Origin: Candidatus Brennerbacteria bacterium
GTDB taxonomy: Bacteria > Patescibacteriota > Minisyncoccia > UBA6257 > GWB1-50-10
Length of the DNA: 64,000 bases
Assembly: GCA_016183535.1 (NCBI GenBank)
Contig: JACPEK010000006.1
Coordinates: 38,015-102,014, forward strand
Reading direction: 5' to 3'
Made by a program: the position numbers and the translations under genes. How positions within the stretch are numbered: position 1 is the first letter of the stretch; every line of letters starts with the position of its first letter. Below the pieces are notes generated by a model. The model saw nothing but the letters and a program-made list of their open reading frames with translations. It was not told the DNA's origin and ran no database searches. Shown here piece by piece: positions 26,748 to 36,082 of the stretch.

Positions 26748-27689
26748 TTACGCCCCGCGCGCCCGCCGCCCAAGAAGGTAAAGAAGCGGACTCGCCACGA
26801 AAATGGACGAGTAGGTGCCGACGACGGTGCCGACGAGAATGACGAGTGTGAAGTAAAAAAGCGAGGAGGGGCCGGCGATGATGAGCGCGAAGAGTACCAC
26901 AACCAGCGTGAGCGAGGTGTTCACCGAGCGCGTGAAAGTCTCCCGCACACTCGCGTTGATCACTTCCGCAAAATCCGCTCCGCTTTGCTTGCCCGCCCCG
27001 CCGCTATCGACTCGCCTGCCGGCACGCAGATTGAGAAGATTCTCGCGGATACGATCGAACACCACGATCGTATCATGGACGGAGAAGCCCATCACGACGA
27101 GGAGCGCCACGATGAAGTTGGTATCAATCTCAATTCCTTTCCATGCACCGAGCGCCGCGAGGAGCCCTGTCGGGATTGCAACGTCGTGAAAAAGCGTCGC
27201 GAGCGTTACCGCGCCATATTTCCATGATTTGACCGGCGCCGAAACTTTCCGAAACGCCCACGCAATGTAGAGGGAGATGCCGAGGAGCACGAAGAGCACC
27301 GCGTAGACGGCCTTGCGTCGAAGCTCCGCGCCGACCGTGGAGCCGATGGAGGAGAAATTCAATTCGCTCACCTCGCCAAGCGCGCCGAGCGCCGTTTGAT
27401 AGGCGGCGTGGAGGGGCTCGTCTATCGGGCCGAGACGGATAGTAACGACCCCCTCTTCATTTATGGTTGCGGCGGCTCCCGCCTGCGCGGACGAGTCTGC
27501 GCCGGCGGCTTTCAATATTTCGACAACCGCGGATGCGCTCACATTTTGCGCAAACTTCACCTGCCAGCGCGTGCCGCCCGTGAGATCGGCACCGGGCACA
27601 AGGCCGAAGGCGAGGAGCGCGGCGGCGCTCACCGCGACCAGCGCGCCCGAGAACCCAAGAAAAATATTTTTATATTTGATGAGATTCAT
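26748..27689 (-). CDS. secF: protein-export membrane protein SecF
   Basis: SecD/SecF family topology and conserved C-terminal TM bundle. Confidence 0.88.
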   Translation of the reverse strand: MNLIKYKNIFLGFSGALVAVSAAALLAFGLVPGADLTGGTRWQVKFAQNVSASAVVEILKAAGADSSAQAGAAATINEEGVVTIRLGPIDEPLHAAYQTALGALGEVSELNFSSIGSTVGAELRRKAVYAVLFVLLGISLYIAWAFRKVSAPVKSWKYGAVTLATLFHDVAIPTGLLAALGAWKGIEIDTNFIVALLVVMGFSVHDTIVVFDRIRENLLNLRAGRRVDSGGAGKQSGADFAEVINASVRETFTRSVNTSLTLVVVLFALIIAGPSSLFYFTLVILVGTVVGTYSSIFVASPLLYLLGRRARGA

Positions 27690-27755
27690 AATGAACGATA
27701 TTGAATAATTGAAGGATTGAAGGATCTATTATTCAAATTTTCAATATTTCAATTT

Positions 27756-29039
27756 TCAATCACGCACGAACGTGCGCATGAGCGTGCGGGTAACGGTAAT
27801 AGCCGAAAACATCGAGACGACGACGCCTATGAAAAGCGCGAGCGCGAACCCCTGAACGAAGCTCGACGTGAAGGTGTAGAGCACCGCGGCGGTAATCATG
27901 GTGGAAATATTGGAATCGCGGATGGAGGTCCAGGCGCGTTTGAATCCTTCTTCGATGGCGTCGACGCGAGCGAGCCCGCGACGCAATTCCTCTTTTGTGC
28001 GCTCGAAGACGAGAATGTTCGCGTCAACCGCCATGCCGATCGAGAGTATGAAGCCGGCGATGCCCGCCAAGGTCATCGTAACCGGCACGAGCTTGAACAC
28101 CGCGAGCGTGAGCGCGACGTACATGAGGAGCGCCACGGCGGCGAACACTCCAAAGCCACGGTAGTAGACCAACATGAAAAGCACGACCGCGAGCGTGCCG
28201 AGCGCGCCGGCGAAAACGGCTTTTGCAAGCGAATCCGCGCCGAAATCGGGACTTATCGTTTCTTGGTGGATGAGAGAGATAGGTGCGGGAAGCGCGCCCG
28301 CGTTAAAGCGTTCCACGAACGCGCGAGCCTCTTCGAGTGTGTAGCTCCCCGTGATCACCGCCGTCCCTCCGGGAATCTTTCCCTGCACGGTCGGGGCTTC
28401 CAAAAGTTCGCCGTCGAGAAAAATACCGAGCGGACGCCCGATATTCGCCTCGGTCAGTCGCTCGAAAAGCGCCGCGCCTTCGTCATTGAACTGCAGATTG
28501 ATCTGCGGCGTACGCACGCCCGCGGCGGCGAAACCAACCTGCGCCGCTTTCACGTAGCGGCCGTTCAAGGGCGTTGCCACGAACGCCGCGGTGGTCGTGC
28601 CATTTCCCGCGCCCGAAGGACCGACGTCGTCCGGTCGGGCGGGTTCCGTTTCTTTCAACTCGCGGAATTCGAGGAACGGGGTTGCGCCGATCTCCCGCGC
28701 CGCCGCGCCGACGTCTTTCGCGCCCGCAAGCTCCACCACGAGCCGGTCTTCTCCTCCCGCGCGCGCGAGATACACGCGCGGTTCCTGCACGCCGAAAAGA
28801 TTGACCCGCCGCTCAATCACGTCCCGCAGGCCCTCGACCACCGACGCGCGATCCGGCGCGCTCACATTCGACAGGTCAATCGCGTACGTAAGCACGGTGC
28901 CGCCCGAAAGATCGAGCCCAAGCGCCCACGGACGGAATCCGCTCACCTTGTTCCAGAGCGGCTCATACGAAAAAATCCCCGCGAGAACCGAGAGTACGAT
29001 GAGAAGCGCCAAAACGCCTATGAGTCGCGGTCGTGCCAT
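27756..29039 (-). CDS. secD: protein-export membrane protein SecD
   Basis: ORF trimmed to MARPRLIGVLALLIV.... Periplasmic domain plus six C-terminal TMs. Confidence 0.88.
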   Translation of the reverse strand: MARPRLIGVLALLIVLSVLAGIFSYEPLWNKVSGFRPWALGLDLSGGTVLTYAIDLSNVSAPDRASVVEGLRDVIERRVNLFGVQEPRVYLARAGGEDRLVVELAGAKDVGAAAREIGATPFLEFRELKETEPARPDDVGPSGAGNGTTTAAFVATPLNGRYVKAAQVGFAAAGVRTPQINLQFNDEGAALFERLTEANIGRPLGIFLDGELLEAPTVQGKIPGGTAVITGSYTLEEARAFVERFNAGALPAPISLIHQETISPDFGADSLAKAVFAGALGTLAVVLFMLVYYRGFGVFAAVALLMYVALTLAVFKLVPVTMTLAGIAGFILSIGMAVDANILVFERTKEELRRGLARVDAIEEGFKRAWTSIRDSNISTMITAAVLYTFTSSFVQGFALALFIGVVVSMFSAITVTRTLMRTFVRD

Positions 29040-29100
29040 GAGGAAATGGAAAGCGACTTCAGTGTACTCAAAACATTCCCCTTGCACAACCAATGAAAAC

Positions 29101-31800
29101 TTACCAAGAAAATTTCCGCCGCAGGGAGAGGCGCACCTCGTCCACCAACACCACCGTGAGACCCACGAGAAGCACAAGTCCCCATTCGAGTAGGGAAATC
29201 GGCACGGTGTGAAACACCTCGTTGAGGAATGGAAGCTCGAGCACCGCGACCTGGAGAATCACGACGAGCGCGGTTGCCCCAATGAGAAACGGATTGGTGC
29301 CGGGGTGAATAGTGGCAAGCGAGTGTGTGTCTGAACGCATGGTCCATGCGCGAAACCACTGGAACACCGCAAGCGTGGTGAGCGCCATGGTCTGCGCTTT
29401 TATAAGATCTCCGCCCTCAAGATACCGCGAGAATATGAGGAACGTCCCTATCATCATGAAAAGTCCCATAGCGATGCTCTCCGCCGCCATCCGCCCGTCC
29501 ACAAGCGCGCGCTTGGGCCACCGGGAGGGTCCCGAAAGGAGGTCCCGTTCCTTCGGTTCCATCGCGAGCGCCGCTACGAGAAAAGTGTCAGTCACAAAAT
29601 TGAGCCAGATGATCTGCGAAGGAAGAAGCGGAAGCGCGAACCCCGCGAAGATGGAAAAAACAATAAGGAACACCTCGCTCATATTCGTAGAAAGAAGATA
29701 CTGGAGCACCTTGCGGAGCGTGCGGTAGATATTTCTCCCCTCCTCCACCGCGGAGACGATGCTCCCGAAGTTGTCGTCGAGGAGCACGATATCCGCCGCT
29801 TCCTTTGCCACCTCGGTACCTGAACGCCCCATCGCCACCCCGAGATCGGCCGCGACGAGCGGCGGGGCGTCATTCACGCCGTCCCCCGTCATGGCAATGA
29901 TTTCGCCGCGCGCACGGAACGCTTCGATGATGCGAAGTTTGTGCGCCGGCGTCACGCGCGCGAATACGTCCGTCTCACCGAGCGCGTTCGCCATTTGTTC
30001 GTTCGTCATCGCTTCAATATCCTCACCAGTGAGAACTTTCCCGTTCTTTTTTAATATCCCCGCCTCGCGCGCAATGACCTCCGCGGTGAGTTTATGGTCG
30101 CCCGTGACCATCACGACCCGCAGGCCGGCGGCTTCCGCGCGCCGCAACGCCTCGGGCACCTCGGCCCGAAGCGTATCTTTCATGCCGATGAATCCACCAA
30201 AGGTAAGCGGCGGGAGGGTGTCGGCGGAGAGCTTTTTTGGAACCTTTGTGGAATATCCGAACGCGAGAACCCGGAACCCACGCCGCAACATCGCGTGGAG
30301 CAGTTCGGTGATGCGTTCCTTCTCGCGCGCGGTGAAGTGCGCCACGGTGCGCGGTGAGGACAAAAAGGTTTTTGCCCGCACCATGATGATCTCTGGAGCT
30401 CCCATCGCAAAAAGCGTGTCTTTCCCTCGGTCGTCTTTTCGTACCACGGCGCGAAACTTATGTATATAACTAAATGGCACCTCATTGAGAAGCGGGTGCG
30501 CGGTGTCCCACGCCCCATCGCGAAACCCGGCCTTTTTTGCGAACACAAGAAGCGCCGCCTCGGTGGGGTCGCCCCCTACCCGCCACTGTTTCATATTCTC
30601 GTCATAGGAAAGGCGCGCGGTCGCGGTGAACGCCGCGGCGTGGAGTGCGGGCATGAGCGCGCGGTTGTGGAGAGGCTCCACCGCCTCTCTTTTTTCGCCA
30701 AAGAACGCACCCACCGGCTCATACCCTTCCCCGGTGATGTGGAACCTCGTTCCACACGACACTACCTCGGTCACGACGAGCTCATTTCTCGTAAGGGTGC
30801 CGGTTTTGTCGACTGCAATGATACGGGCCTGCCCGAGCGCTTCCACCGCATGGAGTTTTTTTATGAGCGCGTTCTGACCGGCCATGCGCCACACGCCGGT
30901 CGCAAGAATAAGCGTGAGCGCCACCGGAAGCCCCTCGGGTATGAAAGAGACCGCAAGCGCCACGCCGAGTGTGAACATGTGGACATACGAGTAGTCATAA
31001 AAGAACACCCCCGCCAAAAAAAGAAGGAGGAGGAAAACGACGGTGCTGGAGGTGAGTACGCGCGCAAGGGTACGGAGGTTTCCTTTGAGTGGAATTTCGG
31101 TATCGAGCCCGACGATCGCCTCGGATATTTTCCCGAGCTCGGTACTGCTTCCGGTCGCGACCGCTACCCCAAGACCATTTCCCCCGACAATAGTCGTACC
31201 GCGGAAGACTATATTTTCTTGAGCGGAGAGTGGGCGTGGTAAGGCATCCTTTCCGTCGGGTGGGAGCGCCACGTCCGTCTTATGAACCGGCTCCGACTCG
31301 CCGGTGAGGGCGGATTCATTCACGCGAAGATCGTGCGCGAGAACCACGCGGAGGTCCGCCGGCACCTTCTCGCCCTCGACTAAAACCACCACATCGCCCA
31401 GCGCCACTTCGCGGTCGGAGATGGTTCGCTCGCGCCCGGCACGCACCACGGTTGCTTTTGTTGCTACGAATTTTTGGAGTGCCCGAAGGGTGTTTTGTGC
31501 GCGCCCTTCCTGTATCGCGCCGATGACGGCATTGATAAGGAGCACACCACCGACAATCGCGCCATCAGTGAAATCACCGAGGAATACGAGAATGGCGCCC
31601 GCGGCGAGAAGAAGATAGATGAGCGGACTTTTAAATTGGTCGACAAAAATGGCGAGTGGCCCGCGCGAGCGAGGTTGCGGCAACACATTGGGCCCCGCCA
31701 CCCCGAGGCGCCTTACCGCCTCTTCTTCCGAAAGCCCGCCTGCCGCGCTCCCCACATGGGACCACACGGCGGGAACGGTTTCTTCATACCAACGTCTCAT
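29101..31800 (-). CDS. P-type cation-transporting ATPase (P2-type, Ca2+-ATPase-like)
   Basis: DKTGTLT phosphorylation site, PEGLP in M4, hinge MTGDGVNDAPPL, N-terminal cation-ATPase domain. Confidence 0.9.
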   Translation of the reverse strand: MRRWYEETVPAVWSHVGSAAGGLSEEEAVRRLGVAGPNVLPQPRSRGPLAIFVDQFKSPLIYLLLAAGAILVFLGDFTDGAIVGGVLLINAVIGAIQEGRAQNTLRALQKFVATKATVVRAGRERTISDREVALGDVVVLVEGEKVPADLRVVLAHDLRVNESALTGESEPVHKTDVALPPDGKDALPRPLSAQENIVFRGTTIVGGNGLGVAVATGSSTELGKISEAIVGLDTEIPLKGNLRTLARVLTSSTVVFLLLLFLAGVFFYDYSYVHMFTLGVALAVSFIPEGLPVALTLILATGVWRMAGQNALIKKLHAVEALGQARIIAVDKTGTLTRNELVVTEVVSCGTRFHITGEGYEPVGAFFGEKREAVEPLHNRALMPALHAAAFTATARLSYDENMKQWRVGGDPTEAALLVFAKKAGFRDGAWDTAHPLLNEVPFSYIHKFRAVVRKDDRGKDTLFAMGAPEIIMVRAKTFLSSPRTVAHFTAREKERITELLHAMLRRGFRVLAFGYSTKVPKKLSADTLPPLTFGGFIGMKDTLRAEVPEALRRAEAAGLRVVMVTGDHKLTAEVIAREAGILKKNGKVLTGEDIEAMTNEQMANALGETDVFARVTPAHKLRIIEAFRARGEIIAMTGDGVNDAPPLVAADLGVAMGRSGTEVAKEAADIVLLDDNFGSIVSAVEEGRNIYRTLRKVLQYLLSTNMSEVFLIVFSIFAGFALPLLPSQIIWLNFVTDTFLVAALAMEPKERDLLSGPSRWPKRALVDGRMAAESIAMGLFMMIGTFLIFSRYLEGGDLIKAQTMALTTLAVFQWFRAWTMRSDTHSLATIHPGTNPFLIGATALVVILQVAVLELPFLNEVFHTVPISLLEWGLVLLVGLTVVLVDEVRLSLRRKFSW

Positions 31801-31803
31801 TGT

Positions 31804-33435
31804 TTATCCACGCTTCATGTGTGCGAGCGCATAGTTTATGTCCGAACCTACCTTCTTTCCCGGATTGAAAATGCCGAGTGGGTCAAAAATCTTTTTCACC
31901 TCTTCGAAGCGCGCGTAAATTTCCTCGCCGAACATCCGCGGAAGGTAAGGAGTCCTCACGATCCCGTCGTTGTGTTCGCCGGTGATCGACCCGTCATACC
32001 GGAGCACGAGGTCGTACACCTCTTCCATGGCGGGCCTGATTTTCGCGCGCTCCCGCTCGTCCGCGAGCCGCATGAGCGGAATGACATGGAAATTCCCCTC
32101 TCCGACGTGCCCCGCGACCGTCGCGAGAAATCCGTAGCGTTCGAGAATGGCATAAAGCGCGGGGAGAAATTTCGGCAAATGCTCCGGCCGCACCACAACG
32201 TCGTCAATGAAAGGCGCGGTCTGGAGACCTTTTACTTTGTGCCGCAAGAGATTGAAGCTCTCCCGCCGGATGATCCAGAATTTTTTCGCCGCGCGCGCAT
32301 TCGGCAAAATCCGGAGCGTGCCGCGGAAAGGCGGAAGCGCGTTTTTTAAACTCATAATTTTTTCGAGAACCGCGGCGGCGGTCGCTTCTTCAAACTCCGC
32401 CATAACGATAAACGCGGGTGTGCCGCGGAAGAGCACCGTGAGCGCCTCGGGGACGAACGCGAGGAGCAACGAGAAAGGATTCCGCGCGAATAATTTGAAA
32501 AATCCCCAAAAGTGTTTGAGCGCGAGACGGAAGGTATGCCGGTCGAACGATTCCACGCTCGCGGGTTTCAAGGGAAGGACGGCGTTCACGATGCCGGCAA
32601 GCGGCGCGAGATCCTCAAGAAAGATGACCGCCATCCCCGAATGCCGCTCCGGTTTTACGAGCCGGAAGACAACCTCCGTCGTGATACCCAGCGTGCCCTG
32701 TGAACCCGTGAAGAGTTTCGTGATATCGAACGTTTTCCGATCCCACACATCCCAGAGGTTGTACCCCGCGGAGTTCTTCGCGACATTCGGCTTCGCGGCT
32801 TTTACGACATCATAGTGCGCCTCAAGGAGCGCGTGGAGCTTTCGATACACTTCTCCCTCAAATGTCGGAAGCGTTTCCTTCGCCGCAAGTTCCGCGGCGG
32901 TGAGCGCTTTCAATTCATACTCGTTCCCGTCCGCGAGCACAACCTTCATTTTTGTCACAAAGTCGTGCACCTTCCCGTACTTCAGCGTTTTCTCACCCGC
33001 CGCGTCATTTCCCACCATGCCGCCTAAGGCGCACATCTCGCGCGAAGCGGGGTAGGCGGGCATAAGCAAACCGTTCGCAAGCGTCGCTTTTTCGAAATCG
33101 CGATAGTAACAGCCGGGCTCCGCCATTGCGTATCCGTCGCCCACCTCAAGCACGTGGTTCATGTGCCGCGTGAAATCGAGCACCACCGATTCGGACAAGG
33201 GGCCGCCCGTCATGTCGCTCCCGCCGCCGCGGGCGGTGAGTGAAATATCCGCCCCCGCCTTCTTTTTCTCTGTAGCGAACCGCACGAACGTTTTCACCTC
33301 CTCCGCGCTCCTTGGATACGCCGCCGCCTCGGGCGTGACCTCGAACAAGCTTGCGTCGCGCGCATACCGCGCGCGGGACGCTTCGTCGTCAACGACTTCG
33401 AGATTTAAATTTTTCAATTCCTCCGCGATTCGCAT
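31804..33435 (-). CDS. FAD-linked oxidoreductase (GlcD / D-lactate dehydrogenase family)
   Basis: FAD-binding PCMH domain (GGGSDMTGG, GNDAAGEKTLKYG) plus the C-terminal FAD-oxidase domain. Confidence 0.8.
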   Translation of the reverse strand: MRIAEELKNLNLEVVDDEASRARYARDASLFEVTPEAAAYPRSAEEVKTFVRFATEKKKAGADISLTARGGGSDMTGGPLSESVVLDFTRHMNHVLEVGDGYAMAEPGCYYRDFEKATLANGLLMPAYPASREMCALGGMVGNDAAGEKTLKYGKVHDFVTKMKVVLADGNEYELKALTAAELAAKETLPTFEGEVYRKLHALLEAHYDVVKAAKPNVAKNSAGYNLWDVWDRKTFDITKLFTGSQGTLGITTEVVFRLVKPERHSGMAVIFLEDLAPLAGIVNAVLPLKPASVESFDRHTFRLALKHFWGFFKLFARNPFSLLLAFVPEALTVLFRGTPAFIVMAEFEEATAAAVLEKIMSLKNALPPFRGTLRILPNARAAKKFWIIRRESFNLLRHKVKGLQTAPFIDDVVVRPEHLPKFLPALYAILERYGFLATVAGHVGEGNFHVIPLMRLADERERAKIRPAMEEVYDLVLRYDGSITGEHNDGIVRTPYLPRMFGEEIYARFEEVKKIFDPLGIFNPGKKVGSDINYALAHMKRG

Positions 33436-33444
33436 GTTCTTATT

Positions 33445-34743
33445 CTACCCCATCCGGAACGCGCGGCCACGGAGCCGTATATGATACGATCGCGCGAAAC
33501 GGTGTGCCTCGTCGCGCACGCGGACAAGCGTCTGGAGCGAAACCCCCTCCGGCGCCTCGCCCACCACATCGGTTTTTTTTCTCGTCGGCCCTTTCGCGAG
33601 CCCCACAACCGGAATCACAAAACCCGCATCCTCCAACGCCGTCCGCGCCGCGTTCACCTGTCCCTTCCCGCCGTCTATGAGAATGAGATCCGGAAGAGGC
33701 CATCCGCCAGCCGGCGAAGTTCTTTTGAACCGCCGCGCCAGAACCTCGCGGAGCATACCCACATCGTTTGGCGCGTTGAGCGTGTGAATCTTGAAGAGCC
33801 GGTACTCCTCCTTTGCGGGGCGATCGCCGCGGAAAACCACCATCGAACCGGTCGCCGAGGTGCCGGAAATATTCGAGACGTCATACCCCTCTATCCGCAT
33901 TCGCTCTTGAAAATGGGAAACTTGCCCGTCCGGCAGGCGGGTCGGAAATTGGAAATGATCGTTGTCTTTGACGAGCGCAACATCCTGAATATGCCGCAGG
34001 GCGAAAATTTGCCGGCGGGAGACCGCGGCTTTTTCAAATTCCTCGCGCGCCGCCGCCGTGTTCATCGCGCGCGCGAGCTCATAGAGAATCGTTTTCCGCT
34101 TCCCTTGAAAAAACTGTTTCAGGCGGCGGATGTTCGCGCCGTACTCTTTTTCGTCCGCCGCGCCTATGCAAGTGCCCGGGCAAAGCCCCAGCTCGTATTC
34201 CACACACGCCCTCTTGAACGCGCCGATCTCCGCGGGGCGGTGCGCGCTCCACGGAAATATCTTCCGCAATATGCGGAGTGCCTCGCGAATGCTCGCGCCT
34301 TGCACGAACGGTCCGAACGCCGCGCCGCCGAGTTCCCCCGCTTCTCTTCTCCGCGCGAGCATGACGCGCGGAAACCTCTCCTTGGTAACCACGACATAAA
34401 GAAAACTCGTATCGTCCTTCTCGCGCACATTGTAAGGCGGCTGGTGTTTCTTGATGAGGGCAGCCTCTAAAATAAGCGCTTCGAGCGCGGACGCGGTGCG
34501 TTTGAAATCTATTTTTGTCACGAGACTCGCCATTTTCCGTATTCTCGGATCGGTTTCCATTCGTGTTATTCGGTTTCCATTCGTGTTATTCGTGGAATGC
34601 CGAAAATAGCTCTGCGCGCGGCGCCGCAAGTTCACCGCCTTGCCCACATAGAGGAGGCGTCCCCGCGCGCCGCGCATGAGGTACACACCGGGTGTTTCCG
34701 GTAATTTTCGCCAAAGTTCATTTTTGTGGGGCGTTTTTGGCAT
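33445..34743 (-). CDS. uvrC: excinuclease ABC subunit C, short form (432 aa, no C-terminal HhH2)
   Basis: GIY-YIG motifs (GVYLMRGARGRLLYVGKA, ..YN) and the UvrBC-interaction / RNase-H-like region (PDLILIDGGKGQVNAA). Confidence 0.85.
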   Translation of the reverse strand: MPKTPHKNELWRKLPETPGVYLMRGARGRLLYVGKAVNLRRRAQSYFRHSTNNTNGNRITRMETDPRIRKMASLVTKIDFKRTASALEALILEAALIKKHQPPYNVREKDDTSFLYVVVTKERFPRVMLARRREAGELGGAAFGPFVQGASIREALRILRKIFPWSAHRPAEIGAFKRACVEYELGLCPGTCIGAADEKEYGANIRRLKQFFQGKRKTILYELARAMNTAAAREEFEKAAVSRRQIFALRHIQDVALVKDNDHFQFPTRLPDGQVSHFQERMRIEGYDVSNISGTSATGSMVVFRGDRPAKEEYRLFKIHTLNAPNDVGMLREVLARRFKRTSPAGGWPLPDLILIDGGKGQVNAARTALEDAGFVIPVVGLAKGPTRKKTDVVGEAPEGVSLQTLVRVRDEAHRFARSYHIRLRGRAFRMG

Positions 34744-34785
34744 ATGGCGCGTTGATTATAGTACGCGCCGCGAAAGTTGACAAAA

Positions 34786-34815
34786 CTCAATATATAATAT
34801 ATAAAGAAAAAAGCA
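34786..34815 (+). promoter_or_regulatory. candidate sigma70 promoter (TTGACA, 17-bp spacer, TATAAA) for the small membrane-protein gene
   Basis: ttgacaaaactcaatatataatatataaa lies in an AT-rich island upstream of the RBS aggagg and the ATG at 34846. Confidence 0.4.
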
Positions 34816-34845
34816 TCAACAACATTAACAACATAGGAGGCGCAA

Positions 34846-35286
34846 ATGAAAACGAAATTTTTCCTTTCCTCCTTCAGCTTCTTCATGATAATTATCTTCG
34901 TATCATTCGGGGTAATTATCGTTCCTTCTATCGTTTCCGTTTCTCCCTACCATTTCTATCCGGCGGCGGCGGTAGGCGTCGCGTCGGTCGTAACATTCTT
35001 CACGACCGACATTTTTGACTTTGAGAACGGGCGTATTTCCATCCTCTCAAAGCGAGGGTGGAAGTTCATTCTGTGGTTCGCGATTCTCGTTTCATTCGGA
35101 ACACTCGCCACGACCGGCAACGTTACCGATCGCCTCACGGCGCACGCTGCGTGGATATTCACCGTGATAATCTCAATAATATTTGGGATTTTCACGGGCG
35201 CTTTCCTCCGCGGCATTTTAGAGGCAATCCTTTGGGCCGCAAGGCTCGTAGGGATCGTCAAGCATCAGGACGATCGCCCCTCATAG
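34846..35286 (+). CDS. small polytopic membrane protein, hypothetical; low GC relative to its surroundings
   Basis: Strong RBS (aggaggcgcaaATG), four hydrophobic helices, A/T-rich codons, followed by a textbook terminator. Confidence 0.5.
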   Translation: MKTKFFLSSFSFFMIIIFVSFGVIIVPSIVSVSPYHFYPAAAVGVASVVTFFTTDIFDFENGRISILSKRGWKFILWFAILVSFGTLATTGNVTDRLTAHAAWIFTVIISIIFGIFTGAFLRGILEAILWAARLVGIVKHQDDRPS

Positions 35287-35292
35287 ATATTT

Positions 35293-35324
35293 AAGCCCGA
35301 CGCATTTGTGCGTCGGGCTTTTTC
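35293..35324 (+). terminator. rho-independent terminator
   Basis: aagcccgacgca-tttg-tgcgtcgggctt followed by ttttc. Confidence 0.75.
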
Positions 35325-35366
35325 GTGCCGGAAAGGTATTTATTTGCTCCTCTTGCGTTCCGGCAC

Positions 35367-35397
35367 GAAAAACAAAAGCATCGCTTGCGCGATGCTT
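35367..35397 (-). terminator. rho-independent terminator on the minus strand, downstream of the tRNA-like element
   Basis: aagcatcgc-ttgc-gcgatgctt; on the minus strand it is followed by TTTTGTTTTT. Confidence 0.55.
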
Positions 35398-35405
35398 AAT
35401 GATAG

Positions 35406-35546
35406 TGCCGGAAGGGGGATTCGAACCCCCGATTCCGGGAAAGCTTTAGAATGCGGAACGCAAAGGTGTTACCCCTCGCGTTCCTCCCTCATAGGCCCCA
35501 GATCCACCGGGCGACTGCAGGACCGCCGCAGGCGCCGCTTTCCGGC
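35406..35546 (-). ncRNA. atypical tRNA-like element: canonical T-arm (GGGGG-TTCGAAT-CCCCC), acceptor 3' strand TTCCGGC plus discriminator A; the only matching 5' strand (GCCGGAA) lies 141 nt upstream
   Basis: No 75-90 nt cloverleaf can be drawn. CCGGAA directly 5' of the T-stem also pairs with TTCCGG, giving a minihelix. Extra copies of the acceptor segment occur at 35327-35336 and 35361-35370. The class (intron-containing tRNA, tRNA remnant/att site, or other tRNA-like RNA) is unresolved. Confidence 0.3.
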
Positions 35547-35552
35547 GAAAAA

Positions 35553-35783
35553 CTACAATATAAAACTGAACAAACCAGGACCTTGGGCAGGACCTTGGGA
35601 TCGAGAAGACTTTCTTGCTGTCGGCTTCTTTTTTAAGATGCCGACAACTTCAAGATTGGTGCTGCCGCATTTGGGGCATCTTTGCTCATGCGTGTCGGCA
35701 TCTATCGCCTCATGAGCGGTTCCCATCCACGCGAGTCCGGGAGGAAAGCAGTCCCGGCACCGCAATTTTAAACCTCTAGACAT
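35553..35783 (-). CDS. small zinc-ribbon protein (CRDC...CPKC)
   Basis: 76 aa. Two CxxC pairs 28 residues apart; basic C-terminal tail. Confidence 0.4.
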   Translation of the reverse strand: MSRGLKLRCRDCFPPGLAWMGTAHEAIDADTHEQRCPKCGSTNLEVVGILKKKPTARKSSRSQGPAQGPGLFSFIL

Positions 35784-35893
35784 TTGAGACCCCTTTTTGT
35801 TTTGAAATGAACGTTTCTGTGAGAGACATTATCACACTTTCAGAAAAAGTCAAATCAAAACCCCGCAGAAATTCCGCGGGGCAAAACACCGGA

Positions 35894-36082
35894 TTATACA
35901 CGAGCTTGGCAAAATACTGGTCTTCGCAGTTGCGCGGCGGAGAACATTCTAGCCGCTTTCTTCGCGTTCGCACGCTTCGTAAGTGGGGTAAGCGTGTCGA
36001 TGCGCGAGCAATTGGGACAACTGTGGTTCTCGGTTTGATAGCCGGGCACCACAAACCCGCACTCGGTACAGCCGTATTTCAT
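35894..36082 (-). CDS. small zinc-ribbon protein (CTEC...CPNC)
   Basis: ORF trimmed to MKYGCTECGFVVPGYQTENHSCPNCSRID..., preceded by an AGGAGGG RBS. 62 aa. Confidence 0.5.
   Translation of the reverse strand: MKYGCTECGFVVPGYQTENHSCPNCSRIDTLTPLTKRANAKKAARMFSAAQLRRPVFCQARV

Noticed and set aside
23048-29096. Plus-strand ORFs 23048..24205 (385 aa), 24286..25512 (408 aa), 25863..27227 (454 aa), 27717..29096 (459 aa)
   Set aside because: All are antisense to well-supported minus-strand genes (the T4CP module, the sigma-r4/HARE gene, secF, secD). Arg/His-rich, low-complexity translations.
35406-35800. tmRNA (ssrA) on the minus strand, ending in the T-arm/acceptor at 35406
   Set aside because: No tag-peptide reading frame ending in ...AA-stop. 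The only 5' partner for the acceptor lies just 141 nt upstream. The intervening and upstream sequence encodes a plausible zinc-ribbon ORF instead.
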